Shown one piece after another: positions 42,403-54,500 of a stretch of 64,000 nt of DNA. Made by a program: the position numbers and the translations under genes. Positions within the stretch are counted from its first letter, which is position 1. Every line of letters starts with the position of its first letter. The notes beneath the pieces were generated by a model, which did no database searches, was not told where the DNA came from, and saw nothing but the letters and a program-made list of their open reading frames with translations. This DNA is from Bacteroidales bacterium (GTDB taxonomy: Bacteria > Bacteroidota > Bacteroidia > Bacteroidales > UBA932): the NCBI GenBank assembly GCA_017437825.1, contig JAFRXC010000002.1, positions 14,421-78,420 on the forward strand, in the 5' to 3' direction.

Positions 42403-43071
42403 TCAAAGGCCAAGCAGCTGGCGGAGATGGGGCACGTCCCTGGCGATGAGTTCAGGACTGTGCCCGATTTCAAGAAGCGCCGAAACAGGCCTCAAACCCC
42501 AGCTGACCCCTATGCCGGTGACTCCGGCGGCGGCAGCAGCCTGGATATCAGTGACAGCGTCACCCACAAGAGCCGTGTGCTCCCGCAGGGTGGCGCTGTT
42601 GCCGTATTGTTCAAGAATGAGGTTGACCATAGCTGGGTCCGGTTTCAGGGGCAACCCCGGGCGGTCGCCTACAATAGTCTCTATGGTAGGGTAGAAGTGG
42701 TGTATGAGGGTGTCGGCTCCTTCCTGGAACTTGTTGGATGCGACGGCTACAATTACTCCTGCATCCTGAAGGTCCTTTACAAGTTCAGGGATTCCTGGAT
42801 ATGGCTTTGTGTTGACTATCAAGTGGTCGGAATAATACTTCCAGAACTGGGCAAGGCATTCCTGGTGCAGGTCTTCATCTCCCTTCAGTTCATCCGGCAT
42901 GGCCCTGCGTACAAGTTTCCTGACGCCGTTTCCTACCATATATCGGAATTCATCCAAAGTATGGGTGGGAAAGCCGTGCTTTGACATAGCGTAGTTGACT
43001 GCATCGCCTAGGTCCTGCAGCGTGTCTAGGACGGTTCCGTCCAAATCGAATAAGACCAGATTGAATTTCAT
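42403..43071 (-). CDS. HAD-family phosphatase (Gph-like)
   Basis: FDLDGT, SNK, KPDP, VGD..TD. Confidence 0.9.
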   Translation of the reverse strand: MKFNLVLFDLDGTVLDTLQDLGDAVNYAMSKHGFPTHTLDEFRYMVGNGVRKLVRRAMPDELKGDEDLHQECLAQFWKYYSDHLIVNTKPYPGIPELVKDLQDAGVIVAVASNKFQEGADTLIHHFYPTIETIVGDRPGLPLKPDPAMVNLILEQYGNSATLREHTALVGDAVTDIQAAAAAGVTGIGVSWGLRPVSALLEIGHSPELIARDVPHLRQLLGL

Positions 43072-43115
43072 AATCGCAAAAATAGTTATATTTGTAGATA
43101 ATAGAATAATTAGTG

Positions 43116-43991
43116 ATGAAAGGCATCGTACTGGCCGGAGGAAGCGGCACCCGTCTATACCCCATAACAAAGGGAGTCTCAAAACAGTTGCTCCCCATTT
43201 ATGACAAACCTATGGTTTATTACCCGATAAGCGTTCTGATGCTTGCCGGAATCCGGGATATACTCATTATCAGTACGCCGCAGGACCTGCCAGCTTTCCG
43301 CCGCCTCCTGGGCGACGGCTCCGACTATGGAGTGTCTTTCAGCTATGCAGAACAGCCGTCACCTGACGGCCTGGCACAGGCCTTCATAATAGGTGCAGAT
43401 TTCGTAGGCTCCGATTCAGCCTGCCTCGTTCTGGGAGACAACATCTTTTATGGAAGCGGGTTCCGCTCTAAGCTCAAGGCAGCGGTGGAAGCTGCAGAAA
43501 AGCAAGGAAAGGCTTCCGTCTTCGGATATAAGGTAAGCGATCCGCAGCGCTACGGTGTAGCTGAATTCGATTCCCAGGGCAACTGCCTCTCCATAGAGGA
43601 GAAGCCTGAGAATCCCAAGAGCAACTACGCGGTGGTGGGTCTTTATTTCTATCCCAACAAGGTGTTGGACGTGGCCCGTACCATAAAGCCTTCCGCCAGG
43701 GGAGAGCTGGAAATTACTTCCGTAAACCAGGCTTTCCTCGCTGACAAGGAACTGCTGGTGCATACCTTCAGCCGCGGCTTCGCCTGGCTTGATACCGGAA
43801 CGCACGACTCCCTTGCAGAGGCTTCCATCTTTGTTGAGACTATCGAGAAGAGGACCGGACTCAAGATCGCCTGCCTCGAGAGCATAGCATTTGAGAACGG
43901 CTGGATCACTTCTGAAGACCTCATCCGTCTGGCTCAGCCTATGATAAAGAACCAATACGGACAATATCTGATTAAACTGGCTTCTGAATGA
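43116..43991 (+). CDS. rfbA: Glucose-1-phosphate thymidylyltransferase
   Basis: [35 protein letters not shown]. Confidence 0.97.
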   Translation: MKGIVLAGGSGTRLYPITKGVSKQLLPIYDKPMVYYPISVLMLAGIRDILIISTPQDLPAFRRLLGDGSDYGVSFSYAEQPSPDGLAQAFIIGADFVGSDSACLVLGDNIFYGSGFRSKLKAAVEAAEKQGKASVFGYKVSDPQRYGVAEFDSQGNCLSIEEKPENPKSNYAVVGLYFYPNKVLDVARTIKPSARGELEITSVNQAFLADKELLVHTFSRGFAWLDTGTHDSLAEASIFVETIEKRTGLKIACLESIAFENGWITSEDLIRLAQPMIKNQYGQYLIKLASE

Positions 43992-45061
43992 AAAGACGCA
44001 TACTTATAACGGGTGGTGCCGGATTCATCGGCAGCCACGTCGTCCGCCTGTTCGTTAACAAATATCCGGAGTACGACATAATAAACCTTGACAAGTTGAC
44101 TTATGCCGGCAATCTTGCCAACCTGAAGGACATAGAGGACAAGCCCAATTATTCGTTCGTCAAGGCAGACATAGCCGACTTCGACACGGTTTATTTCCTG
44201 ATGAAGGAAAAGAAGATTGACGGAGTCATACACCTGGCCGCTGAGAGCCACGTAGACCGCTCCATAAAGGACCCGTTCACCTTCGCCCGCACAAACGTCA
44301 TTGGAACGCTCTCCCTCCTCCAGGCCGCCCGCCTCTGCTGGGAAGAGACTCCTGCGGAGCCTGATTCCCCGCGCCGCCTTTTCTATCACATTTCCACGGA
44401 TGAAGTATACGGCTCCCTCAAGATGGATTCACCTCTTTTCAAGGAGACCAACAAGTACGAGCCACACAGCCCGTACAGTGCTTCCAAGGCATCCAGCGAC
44501 CACTTCGTGCGTTCGTTCCACGACACCTACGGCCTGCCTGCAATTATAACAAACTGCAGCAACAATTACGGTCCGTATCAGTTCCCTGAAAAGCTTATTC
44601 CATTGTTCATCAATAATATACGTAACCGCAAGCCGCTTCCTGTATACGGGCAGGGTCTCAATGTAAGGGACTGGCTGTATGTGGTGGACCACGCCAGGGC
44701 AATAGATATCATATTCCACAACGGCCGGGTGGGGGAGACCTACAACATAGGCGGTTTCAACGAGTGGAAGAACATAGACCTTATCAAAGTTCTCATAGAT
44801 ACTACAGACAGGCTTCTGGGCCGTCCCGACGGTGCCGACAGGGACCTCATCACTTTTGTGACTGACCGAGCCGGACACGACCTTCGCTACGCAATTGACT
44901 CCACAAAGCTCAAGAACGAACTGGGTTGGGAACCTTCCCTCCAGTTTGAGGAGGGTATTGAGAAGACTGTCAGTTGGTATCTTCAGAACCAGGACTGGCT
45001 GGACAACGTGACATCCGGCGATTACCAGACGTATTACGAGTCCATGTATAAGGGAAGGTAA
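43988..45061 (+). CDS. rfbB: dTDP-glucose 4,6-dehydratase
   Basis: [32 protein letters not shown]. Confidence 0.97.
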   Translation: MKRRILITGGAGFIGSHVVRLFVNKYPEYDIINLDKLTYAGNLANLKDIEDKPNYSFVKADIADFDTVYFLMKEKKIDGVIHLAAESHVDRSIKDPFTFARTNVIGTLSLLQAARLCWEETPAEPDSPRRLFYHISTDEVYGSLKMDSPLFKETNKYEPHSPYSASKASSDHFVRSFHDTYGLPAIITNCSNNYGPYQFPEKLIPLFINNIRNRKPLPVYGQGLNVRDWLYVVDHARAIDIIFHNGRVGETYNIGGFNEWKNIDLIKVLIDTTDRLLGRPDGADRDLITFVTDRAGHDLRYAIDSTKLKNELGWEPSLQFEEGIEKTVSWYLQNQDWLDNVTSGDYQTYYESMYKGR

Positions 45062-45116
45062 TTTTTACTACATTTGTTAACACTAAAGCTATATTAACTT
45101 TTAATCATTCACTATT

Positions 45117-45593
45117 ATGGCATCACTTACCGATATCATTGCCCAGCAGGTTCTCGCATCTACCGGCAATATCCAGATTCCTTCAGACATCAAGAAGAAT
45201 GTCCTCGGAGGCCTCTCAGACTCCATTCTCGGTTCTCTTACCCAGACAGCTACCAAACCTGGCGGACTGGATCTCGTGAAGAGCCTTCTTACCGGCAAGA
45301 CAGCCGCAGAGGCAAGCCCTATCACAGCTCTCGCTGGCAAGTTGTTCACCAACAACATCCTCAGCAAGCTCAATCTCAACAATGTCCTCAAGGGCTCCCT
45401 TCTTGCAGCAATCCCTCTGGTATTCTCCAAGATGTCAGGCATCCTCAAGGACCAGGACGGTGACGGAGACGTTGACCTGAATGACATCCTCATCACCCTC
45501 AAGGGTGGCGGACAGAAGCAGCAGTCAGCTGCAGGATCCATTCTCGGTAACGTAGGAAAGAGCATCCTGGGATCAATTCTCGGAAAGAAATAA
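45117..45593 (+). CDS. Hypothetical Gly/Leu-rich protein with DxDGDG loop (DUF937-like)
   Basis: Amphipathic low-complexity ORF with DQDGDGDVDLND; own TACATTTG element at 45069. Confidence 0.65.
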   Translation: MASLTDIIAQQVLASTGNIQIPSDIKKNVLGGLSDSILGSLTQTATKPGGLDLVKSLLTGKTAAEASPITALAGKLFTNNILSKLNLNNVLKGSLLAAIPLVFSKMSGILKDQDGDGDVDLNDILITLKGGGQKQQSAAGSILGNVGKSILGSILGKK

Positions 45594-46945
45594 TGAGACT
45601 TATACTTCTATCGGGCGGTTCTGGAAAGAGGCTCTGGCCTCTTTCCAACGAAGCCCGTTCAAAACAGTTCCTGCCGTTGCTCCAGGGCCCCGACGGGAAT
45701 CGTGAATCTATGGTACAGAGGGTTCTGCGCCAGGCCTCGGAGGCCGGTTTGGGCAATGACATAGTCCTTGCCACCAACGCTTCGCAGAAGGACATCATAC
45801 AGAACCAGCTGGGAGAGAACATAGAAACAGTCCTGGAACCTGAACGCAGGGACACATTCCCTGCCATTGCCCTTGCCGTCAGCTATCTTGCAAAGGAGAA
45901 AGGTTGCGGCAGGGAAGAGGTGGTAGTGGTAATGCCGTGTGACCCTTATACTGAGGCGGGGTACTTCAATACCGTCGCCCGTATGGTCAAGGCTGTGGAA
46001 AACGATGCGGCCAGTCTGGTCCTGATGGGAATTACCCCGGACTGCCCGTCAGAAAAATTCGGCTACGTGGTTCCCTGCAAGGGAGCCGAGGCCGTATTCG
46101 GCGCCCTGCCGGTAGAGCGTTTCACTGAAAAACCGGACACCGCAAAGGCTGAACTCCTTCTCAAGGAGGGCGCCTTGTGGAACGGAGGCGTATTTGCCTT
46201 CAGGCTCGGCTATGTGCTGGATATAGCCGAGAAGTACGTAAAAGAGGATACTTTCAGCGCTGTCCGCGCCAAGTACTCGGTTTTCCCCAAGATCAGTTTC
46301 GACTACGAAGTGGCCGAGAAGGCCGACAGCGTGGCCGTGGTGCCCTTCACCGGCCAGTGGAAAGACCTGGGTACCTGGAACGCCCTGTGCCAGGAACTGC
46401 CCTCCAATGAAATTGGAAATTCGCATCTGGGCCCCCAGAATGACAATACACATATAGTAAATGAGCTTTCGCTGCCAATCTTCTGCGACGGCCTCAAGGA
46501 CATAGTGGTGGCGGCCAGTCCCGACGGAATCCTGGTCTGCTCCAAAGACCGCTCCGAGTTCATCAAGAAGCACGTAGACAGTCTTGAAAGCCGCCCGATG
46601 TATGAAGAGCGCCGTTGGGGTACTTATCGCGTGATAGACGATACCACCTTCAGCGACGGGTACAAGTCCCTCACCAAGTCCATCACTCTCAAGGCAGGAA
46701 AGAACATCAGCTACCAGATTCACCTTCACCGTTCAGAGGTATGGACCTTCGTGAACGGAGAAGGCAAAGTTATGATAGATGACAAAGAGATACCTGTAAG
46801 CAGGGGTTTGGTAGTTCATATCCGGCAGGGTCAGAAGCACGCCGTCAAGGCCACCACGGACCTGACTTTCATAGAAGTCCAGTCCGGAGACCTGCTCACG
46901 GAAGAAGATATAATAAGACTTAAAATGGAATGGCCCGGAAAGTAA
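45593..46945 (+). CDS. Mannose-1-phosphate guanylyltransferase with C-terminal cupin domain
   Basis: LSGGSGKRLWPLS, F.EKP, ISFDY, W.DLGTW, ERRWG, SYQ.H..RSEVW. Confidence 0.9.
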   Translation: MRLILLSGGSGKRLWPLSNEARSKQFLPLLQGPDGNRESMVQRVLRQASEAGLGNDIVLATNASQKDIIQNQLGENIETVLEPERRDTFPAIALAVSYLAKEKGCGREEVVVVMPCDPYTEAGYFNTVARMVKAVENDAASLVLMGITPDCPSEKFGYVVPCKGAEAVFGALPVERFTEKPDTAKAELLLKEGALWNGGVFAFRLGYVLDIAEKYVKEDTFSAVRAKYSVFPKISFDYEVAEKADSVAVVPFTGQWKDLGTWNALCQELPSNEIGNSHLGPQNDNTHIVNELSLPIFCDGLKDIVVAASPDGILVCSKDRSEFIKKHVDSLESRPMYEERRWGTYRVIDDTTFSDGYKSLTKSITLKAGKNISYQIHLHRSEVWTFVNGEGKVMIDDKEIPVSRGLVVHIRQGQKHAVKATTDLTFIEVQSGDLLTEEDIIRLKMEWPGK

Positions 46946-46960
46946 TCCCGGGCCATTTCC
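46927..46960. terminator. Hairpin between convergent genes (bidirectional terminator candidate)
   Basis: GGAATGGCCCGG...CCGGGCCATTTCC. Confidence 0.6.
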
Positions 46961-46963
46961 TTG

Positions 46964-47938
46964 TTATGTGGAGAGGATGTCCAGGACATTCCTCAGTTCC
47001 GAGTCGATGGGCTTGTCTATCTTGACTGCCTTGCTGATGGGGATATACACTATGGTGTCATCCTTGATTCCGATCATTATGTTGCGCTGGCCTTCCTTTA
47101 GGGCCTCGATGGCGGCAACACCCATTCGGCTTGCCAGGATACGGTCGAAGGCGGAAGGGGAGCCTCCGCGCTGCAGGTGTCCCAGGATGGACACCCGCAC
47201 GTCGTACTGAGGATACTCCGCGCGTACGCGTTCCGCGTAATGCATCGCTCCGCCGTCCTTCTCAGAAACCAGCACTATGCTGCTGTTCTTGCTCTTGCGA
47301 ATTCCGCGTCCGATGAAGGAAGCGAGCTGGTCGATGTCTGTGTTGGCCTCGGGGATGATGGCTGCCTCCGCTCCGGCGGCGATGGCGCTGTTCTGGGCAA
47401 GGAATCCGGCGTCGCGTCCCATCACTTCCACGAAGAAGATGCGGTCGTGGCTGGTGGCGGTGTCACGGATCTTGTCCACGCAGTCCATTATGGTGTTGAG
47501 GGCGGTGTCATAGCCTATGGTGTAATCTGTGCCGTAGAGGTCGTTGTCAATGGTGCCGGGCAGGCCTACTATGGCTATCTCGTGTTCGCGTGCGAGTTCC
47601 TGGGCTCCTGACAGGGAACCGTTGCCTCCTAAGACGATAAGGGCGTCTATCTTGTACTTGCGAAGGTGCTCATACGCCTTTGTGCGGCCTTCAGGTGTGC
47701 GGAATTCATCGCTGCGGGCGGTCTTGAGGATAGTTCCGCCCCTCTGTATGGTGCTGCTCACGCTCTCGTTGGTGAGTTCCTTTATCTCGCCGTTGATGAG
47801 GCCTTCCCAGCCCCTGTAAATGCCGTATACCTTCCAGCCGGCGAAGATGGCCGAGCGGGTCACGGCCCTGATTGCGGCGTTCATTCCAGGGGAATCTCCT
47901 CCGGACGTAAGTACACCAATTGTCTTGATATCTTTCAT
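46964..47938 (-). CDS. pfkA: ATP-dependent 6-phosphofructokinase
   Basis: [31 protein letters not shown]. Confidence 0.96.
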   Translation of the reverse strand: MKDIKTIGVLTSGGDSPGMNAAIRAVTRSAIFAGWKVYGIYRGWEGLINGEIKELTNESVSSTIQRGGTILKTARSDEFRTPEGRTKAYEHLRKYKIDALIVLGGNGSLSGAQELAREHEIAIVGLPGTIDNDLYGTDYTIGYDTALNTIMDCVDKIRDTATSHDRIFFVEVMGRDAGFLAQNSAIAAGAEAAIIPEANTDIDQLASFIGRGIRKSKNSSIVLVSEKDGGAMHYAERVRAEYPQYDVRVSILGHLQRGGSPSAFDRILASRMGVAAIEALKEGQRNIMIGIKDDTIVYIPISKAVKIDKPIDSELRNVLDILST

Positions 47939-48034
47939 TTATGGACTTTGTTTTTTGATTGACAATCAAAATTACTAACTTAACGCGATTTTTGGATACT
48001 AATTTTATAAAAACTTCGCCTTCAGGCCTAAAAA

Positions 48035-48994
48035 ATGACACAAGCTGTAGAACAGGCAATTGACAGTATACAGGTTACTCTCAATGCCGGTGGAATGAAC
48101 ACAATAAACATCGTTTTGGCTTTTGTGATGTTTGGAGTAGCTCTTGGAATAAAGCCAAGGATGTTCGTAGACGTCTTTAAGAATCCTAAATCAGTTATAC
48201 TGGGAGTCATTTGCCAACTTGTCATCCTCCCGTTGTTTACCTTCCTGCTTACACTGGCCCTGGGGCCGTCAATATCCTGGAGCATGGCTCTCGGAATGAT
48301 TCTGGTGGCATCCTGCCCGGGCGGAAACATATCCAACTTCATGAGTTCCCTCTCAAAGGCGAACATTGAGTTGAGCGTTTCACTTACGGCAATCAGCACG
48401 GCCTTGGCAGTTATTATGACTCCGTTCAATTTCTGGCAGTACGGTAACCTTTACCTTAAGCTTGCAAACATAGCGGGTGAGGTGCCTGCCCTCAGGATTC
48501 CTCTCTGGGATGTCTTCAAGACCATATTCATCCTCCTTGGAATTCCTCTCACGCTGGGAATCCTCACCTCTCACTATCTGCCTAAACTGGCGGATAAACT
48601 AAAGAAGCCTTTCCAGTATGCCAGCATACTTTTCTTCCTGGTAATGGTAGTCCTATCCTTCGTGGGAAATATGGAAGCATTCCTGAAGTGTATCAAGTAT
48701 ATCTTCCTGGTTGTCCTGGTACATAACCTGCTTGCCCTTGCCATCGGGTTCAGCGTGGGAAGCATATTCAAGGTACCATACAAGGACCGCCGCACCCTTA
48801 CGATAGAGACGGGCATACAGAACAGCGGCCTTGGACTGGTGCTTCTCCTAGGAACACAGATTTTCACGAACCTCCCGCCTCACGGAGGAATGCTGGTCAT
48901 TACGGCGTGGTGGGGTGTATGGCATATTATCAGCGGACTTGCCGTGAGCGCAGTCTTCAACCGCAGGGAATTTAAACTGTTGAGAAATGCATAA
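48035..48994 (+). CDS. Bile acid:sodium symporter (BASS) family transporter
   Basis: CPGGNISN, TIETGIQNSGL, multiple TM segments. Confidence 0.92.
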   Translation: MTQAVEQAIDSIQVTLNAGGMNTINIVLAFVMFGVALGIKPRMFVDVFKNPKSVILGVICQLVILPLFTFLLTLALGPSISWSMALGMILVASCPGGNISNFMSSLSKANIELSVSLTAISTALAVIMTPFNFWQYGNLYLKLANIAGEVPALRIPLWDVFKTIFILLGIPLTLGILTSHYLPKLADKLKKPFQYASILFFLVMVVLSFVGNMEAFLKCIKYIFLVVLVHNLLALAIGFSVGSIFKVPYKDRRTLTIETGIQNSGLGLVLLLGTQIFTNLPPHGGMLVITAWWGVWHIISGLAVSAVFNRREFKLLRNA

Positions 48995-49895
48995 ACTATG
49001 GGAAAAGAGCACGGGTTACAACCTTCTCTCGTTGTATTCTTACGCGTGCATATGGCGGAGTTACAGTTCCATCAAAGTTGAGGGCAGGGAGCAGTTCCCT
49101 ACAGACGGCCCCGTCATCTTCGCATCCAATCACTGCTGTACGATGATGGATCCCCTGGTCCTTCTTTATGCATTCAAGAGCAAGGTGGCTTTCGGAGCTC
49201 GGGCGGACATATTCCGCAAGCCCAAGGCCAACAAGGCTCTGCGCTGGCTGCGAATAGTTCCGCTGGCGCGTGAGCGCGACGGAATGTCCGCAGTAAGCGG
49301 CAACCAGCAGATATTCGAGGAGATTGTGGAATGCCTTGACCATCAAGTTCCTTTCTGCCTCTATGTAGAAGGCACTCACAGGCCTCAGAGGGAAATCCAG
49401 CGTCCTATCAAGAAGGGCGTTTTCAGGCTCGCAGAGCTCGCTGAAACTGAGACGGGAAAGAAGATATACATTATGCCGGTAGGCCTCACATACGGCGACT
49501 TTTTCCGTTATATGAAGCCGGTCAAGATCCGCTTCGGTAAACCTGTTCCGCTGGACGAAGTCCGGTATATGAATTCCAAGGACAGGCTGGAGTTTCTGGG
49601 TGACAGGATCCAGGAACTGGTTGATACGCAGGAGCCGGTACGCAACCACGGCAACATCCTGCTCCGTTCCTTCCTGGCATTGTTCCTGCTTCCAATCTTC
49701 GCGGTATGCGCAGTACTGAGCAGTCCCATCCTCATACTGACTGCTATCTTCCTGCGCAATTTCAAGGATCCTGCCTGGAACAACACCGTACGCTTTGCCT
49801 GCAGCCTCATCTTTTTTGTCCTGTGGCCTTTCCACAGCGTTTTCTACCTTATTTTGAATTATTACCAAGATCTAATAGAAGATATAAAGCGATGA
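48987..49895 (+). CDS. PlsC-like acyltransferase
   Basis: NHxxxxD-like motif (NHCCTMMDP), EGT, C-terminal TM helices. Confidence 0.85.
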   Translation: MHKLWEKSTGYNLLSLYSYACIWRSYSSIKVEGREQFPTDGPVIFASNHCCTMMDPLVLLYAFKSKVAFGARADIFRKPKANKALRWLRIVPLARERDGMSAVSGNQQIFEEIVECLDHQVPFCLYVEGTHRPQREIQRPIKKGVFRLAELAETETGKKIYIMPVGLTYGDFFRYMKPVKIRFGKPVPLDEVRYMNSKDRLEFLGDRIQELVDTQEPVRNHGNILLRSFLALFLLPIFAVCAVLSSPILILTAIFLRNFKDPAWNNTVRFACSLIFFVLWPFHSVFYLILNYYQDLIEDIKR

Positions 49896-51238
49896 AACGT
49901 CTTGTTTTCTCATTGATGGTATCCCTGGCCTGCCTCAGCGCTGCAGCGCAGGACATTGTAAAGACTGGTCTCAATTTCGGACCTCTTCCGGTTGTCGCAT
50001 TCGATGCAGACAAAGGCCTCCAGTATGGAGCCCTCCTGAACATTTACAATTTCGGAGACGGAAGCAACTATCCCAATTACAATTCCAAAATCTATGCGGA
50101 GGCTTCCTTCTTCACCAAGGGATCTTCATTGTTCAACCTTTCATATGATGCAAAGGAGCTGATTCCCGGCATCCGCTGGTCTACCGCAGTGTCCCTTGCT
50201 CTTGACAAGGCTATGGATTTCTACGGTTTCAACGGATATCAGACATATTACGACTATCAGAGGGTGGCTGACGGCAAGGCAGGTGATTCTTTCATCTTCA
50301 CCCCGTTCTACAAAGTTTCCCGCAAGCAGCTCCTGGTCAAGACCGACTTCATCGGTGATATCACCGAGCATTTCAAATGGGAAGCGGGTTATCACGCCAG
50401 CTGGTTCAAGGAGGGTGCGATAGACCGTGACAGCATAAACAAGGGCAAGGAAGACAGTCAGGTGTTCCCGGCAAGTATGGAAACTCTCTATGAACTGTAC
50501 AGGTATTCCGGCGTTATTACAAATGATGAAGCCGGTGGAGGCCTGTCCAGCGGAATCCGCCTCGGCCTGGTATACGATTCACGTGACAAGGAGGGCGCTC
50601 CTACCCGTGGAATCTGGGCTGAAGGTCATATCCACGCTGCTCCCAAGTGGCTCGGAACCAAGAATCCTTTCTATCGTTATTCCTTGACTTTCAGACAGTA
50701 CCTCCCTCTTATCAAGAACGATGTCCTGACTTTTGCGTATCGTCTCAACTATGAGGGAACTTTCGGAAAGAACGCCCCTTATTACGTGCTTCCGTACATC
50801 ACTGTAATGGGAGAGAACTATGACCGTGACGGAATGGGCGGATACCGTACCGTCCGCGGTATGCTCCGCAACAGGGTAGTGGGCCTGGATATGTTCACCT
50901 ATACCGCCGAAATGCGCTGGCGCTTCGTAAGTTTCAAGGCTTTCAACCAGAATATCGCCCTTGGCCTGAGCGCTTTCAGCGACGGTTCCGTAGTAACCCG
51001 TGGAAGGGATCTGTCTGCTGTAGAGCATCTGGCGGCAAATCTGAAACCCTTGGTTAAGGGCCAGGAGAAGGACAGCCTTCATATGACTATGGGTGCCGGA
51101 TTCCGTTTCATCATGAACGAGAACTTCATAGTTGCCTTCGAATATGGTACCCCTCTGAGCCATTTCAGGAAGAACAGTCCGGTCTACAACCAGGATGGTA
51201 CCGGGGCAATGTACATCAACATTGGCTACTTGTTCTAA
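49892..51238 (+). CDS. Omp85 (BamA/TamA superfamily) barrel-only protein
   Basis: Signal peptide, YDSRD, TVRG lid-lock-like motif, GAGFRF, C-terminal GYLF; no POTRA segment visible. Confidence 0.8.
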   Translation: MKRLVFSLMVSLACLSAAAQDIVKTGLNFGPLPVVAFDADKGLQYGALLNIYNFGDGSNYPNYNSKIYAEASFFTKGSSLFNLSYDAKELIPGIRWSTAVSLALDKAMDFYGFNGYQTYYDYQRVADGKAGDSFIFTPFYKVSRKQLLVKTDFIGDITEHFKWEAGYHASWFKEGAIDRDSINKGKEDSQVFPASMETLYELYRYSGVITNDEAGGGLSSGIRLGLVYDSRDKEGAPTRGIWAEGHIHAAPKWLGTKNPFYRYSLTFRQYLPLIKNDVLTFAYRLNYEGTFGKNAPYYVLPYITVMGENYDRDGMGGYRTVRGMLRNRVVGLDMFTYTAEMRWRFVSFKAFNQNIALGLSAFSDGSVVTRGRDLSAVEHLAANLKPLVKGQEKDSLHMTMGAGFRFIMNENFIVAFEYGTPLSHFRKNSPVYNQDGTGAMYINIGYLF

Positions 51239-51277
51239 ATTTCTCTGATTTAATTTGGATATTTAAGAACAAAACTA

Positions 51278-51285
51278 TACCTTTG
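51278..51285 (+). promoter_or_regulatory. -7 promoter element for the tRNA-Lys pair
   Basis: TACCTTTG, 20 nt upstream of the first tRNA. Confidence 0.75.
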
Positions 51286-51305
51286 CAAACCCTAATCGGG
51301 CGGAG

Positions 51306-51378
51306 GACTTGTTAGCTCAGTTGGTAGAGCATCACACTTTTAATGTGGGGGTCTCGGGTTCGAGCCCCGAACAGGTCA
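51306..51378 (+). tRNA. tRNA-Lys(TTT)
   Basis: Cloverleaf, anticodon loop CT-TTT-AA, T-loop TTCGAGC. Confidence 0.96.
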
Positions 51379-51392
51379 CAAAAGAGATACCA

Positions 51393-51465
<73 letters not shown>

Positions 51466-51466
51466 C

Positions 51467-51492
51467 AAAAGGCCGCAGCAATGCGGCCTTTT
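51467..51492 (+). terminator. Rho-independent terminator (bidirectional)
   Basis: AAAAGGCCGCA-gcaa-TGCGGCCTTTT. Confidence 0.85.
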
Positions 51493-51536
51493 TCCGTACC
51501 CAGACCTTCCCCGCCAGAGGGGAGTGAAGTAGTCTA

Positions 51537-54500
51537 CTAGTTGGAGAAGTAATTGAGGGTGTCCTGGATCAGGCGTTCCATATCGTTGTAGTCCACGATG
51601 GTTTCAAGCGGGAATCCGAAAGAGGCCACCTTGTAGTTCTTTCCTTTGAACCTTACTGCGGCAGGCACGTTGTTCCCGGAGTACCTCATCGTGGTCACGC
51701 CGTTCTCGTTGGCTGGCACGATGCCGTCAGGATTCTCTACCTGATATATGACCCTGTTGCGCTTCTGGTGGAAGGATATGGCTTTGCCACCCTCTATTGG
51801 AACAACCTCTCCGGTATAGGATCCGTGCCCTGTGTGCCACTTGTAACCCAGGACACTCTGTACGAACTCTTTGTCGAGTTCCCTGCGCTCCTTGTCAATC
51901 TGGATGGGGAAGACCCTGTCCCAGACATCTGTTGCTATGTTTGCGCCTGATATTATCACATTGCCGCCTCCGGAAGTGTAATCTTTGATGACAGTCTGAA
52001 GTTCAGAAGGGAATACAGAGTAACGCGTGCTCTCCTGACCCGTCGGTACGGTAACCTGCTTTCCACAGATGATATCCACGATTGAGGAGCCCTTGCCCAG
52101 TGAAGGATCTGCTTCCCAGGCCTGGACCGAGACACTGTAGAAAGGCCTTCCCGCCGCCATCAGCGCGCGCCCGTGGACTATGGCGTAGTCGAATGTATTG
52201 CCAGGGACGATGGTGCCAGCGTGCTCTATGCTGCTGCCTCCGAATCCGGGGTTGTCGTCGTCAATCCACTCGAAGTCACGCCTGAATTCATATACATCTC
52301 CGCTGAAAGAAAGGTCATTGACATAGCCTACACCTCCGTCTTCCTGATAGAGGAAACCTCCGTACATCTCGGAGTCGAACCAGGTGGGGCCGGAGACGCG
52401 GTCGAAGTTGTTTACTACCAACACGGAACCTCCCTTAGCGTTTTCAGGTATTCCTATGCTTACTATATGCGAGGGGAAGCTCTTGCCTCCGTCATTTACC
52501 GCAGCCACCCTGAAGCTGTAGATGTGGCCTTTCTCGCAGGTTACAGGTACCGACAGGAACCCGTCGTCTCCTGCCGTGGCATCCACCGCCTTGCCTCCGT
52601 CGAATACTCCGTCGTCAACCCTTGTGTAAACTATGTAACTCTTTGCCACGGCGGTTGGCTCGAAAGGATCTTCCGTCGGTTTCCATTTAAGGACGGCATT
52701 ACCGGACAGTCCGGGTGAAACAGCCAGGGAATTGACTGGAAGAGGCTGTACCACGTATTCGCGGCTGTATTCGTTGCTGAGGAATTTGAGAACGCCTTTA
52801 TAGATGGCACGGGCCAGATCAAACTTGAAAGTGGGGTTGAGGCCGTACTGCATGTCGGACAGGTTCTGGTGTGACAGGCTCTCTATTATGATGCCCGGAA
52901 CGGAGGTAGTGCGGCTCTCGCTGTACGAGCGGTCGTAGGTCTCCCTGCGGCTCCAGTCCTTATTGTAGCGTCCGCGGATGTCATTGCATATCTGGCTCTG
53001 TACCAGGTCCGCCAGTGTGCGGCAGAGGTAGCGGCTCCTGCCGTCAGGAAGGGTAGTCTTACCGTCTGCTGTGAGCGTGTATATTGCCAGAGTGCCGATT
53101 GTGGAATCGTTGGGGGCAAGTCCGGCGTCTGAATGAATGCCCAACGATACGTCAATGGGTATTTTGAGACCCTCTTTCTGAGGATTGAAACTGCTGCCTC
53201 CAGTAAGGTGGGTTACCCAGGCGCCGCGCCCGGCAAGGTCCTTTGTATAGTCTCCGGTCCAGTTGTCAGTGAGTTCAGGACCCTCTCCGGCCCACTGAAG
53301 CCAATAGAGAGCGCCTTCCAGGTAACTGGCAAGTCCGGAAGTGGTATAACTGCTCTGGGGAGCGCTGCTTAGCCCTCGGGCCGTCTTGCCTACGCCTCCG
53401 CCAATCTTCACGGCATCTGCCGAGACAATGGCGTCAGCGGGCTTAGTCCTGCCCTCCGGATAAACGTTGTCCAGGGTGACGCTGCCTTCTTCGCCAAAGT
53501 CGAAGGTTCCCAGATAAATCCAGGTCCCTCCGCCCATCCTCTGGTTCACGTAGAAATCAGTCTTGCCGGCTGCGTGATTGACTGTATAGTGAGCAGCATC
53601 TGTGCTGTTCCTCTGGGTCTTGTATGAGACATAAACCGCATAGCTGCCCTTGACGGGAGGGTTGAAACTCCATTTTGCCGTCCGGACCTCTTCTTCGCCG
53701 TAAGATACGCACAAAGTTTCCTTGGCGGTTCCTGCCTTGAACGGGTTGTCCCCCAGCATATAGATTCTTTTTGAATCCGCGAATCCGGTGCCGGCGTTGC
53801 TCCAGAGTCCGCCTTCCTCTGAATAGAAACCTACCCTGCGGGTGACGCCGCTGCGTTCCCCGGTAAAGGAAGGATCGTTGTCTATGATTATCTCATATGA
53901 CTGCGTATCACGCTCGCGCGGGGTCATCACGTAAGCGCCCGCATTCTCCAGCATAGGTATGAGGAAGGGGAGGACGATACTCTGAGTGTAAATGTCCTCT
54001 ATGGTGCCGTGCATAGGCGCACGCTGCCACTCCCATCTGTCCGTCTCTTCCTCGAAATAGCGCCCGTGGCTCTGCCAGAGCGCGATATGGCGCCCGTCGA
54101 GCCCCTTGGGGGCCTTGACGGCATCCTTGCGCGTCACCAGAGGCGTGTTGCGTGGAGCGGGGTAGTGGTATGTATCCTCGGCTGGCTTTCCGTCAAACCC
54201 TAGTTCTGGCGTCACATAGGCAGTAAGGTTGTTGCGCCGTACATAGATGATGCCTACGGTGCAGTTGGAATACTCTGGAGGGAACAGGCTGGTGAGTGTA
54301 GCCTTGAACCAGTTGATGTCGCGGCTGTGCCAGGGGTAGTCGCCCAGCTCCACGCTGAAATAAAAATCCAACAGGGAAGAGCGCTTCAGGACGCGGTCTA
54401 TGGACATCTTGGTGAAGACGGTGGTGCGTTCTTCAAGCAGCGTCCTGAGAGAATCGCAGACGGGCTTGAAAGCATTTTTGGAGACCTCCTGAGCCTTGAC

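Noticed and set aside
43116-46945. Capsule/O-antigen locus
   Set aside because: Only rfbA, rfbB and a mannose-1-P guanylyltransferase; no rfbC/D, flippase, polymerase or glycosyltransferase run
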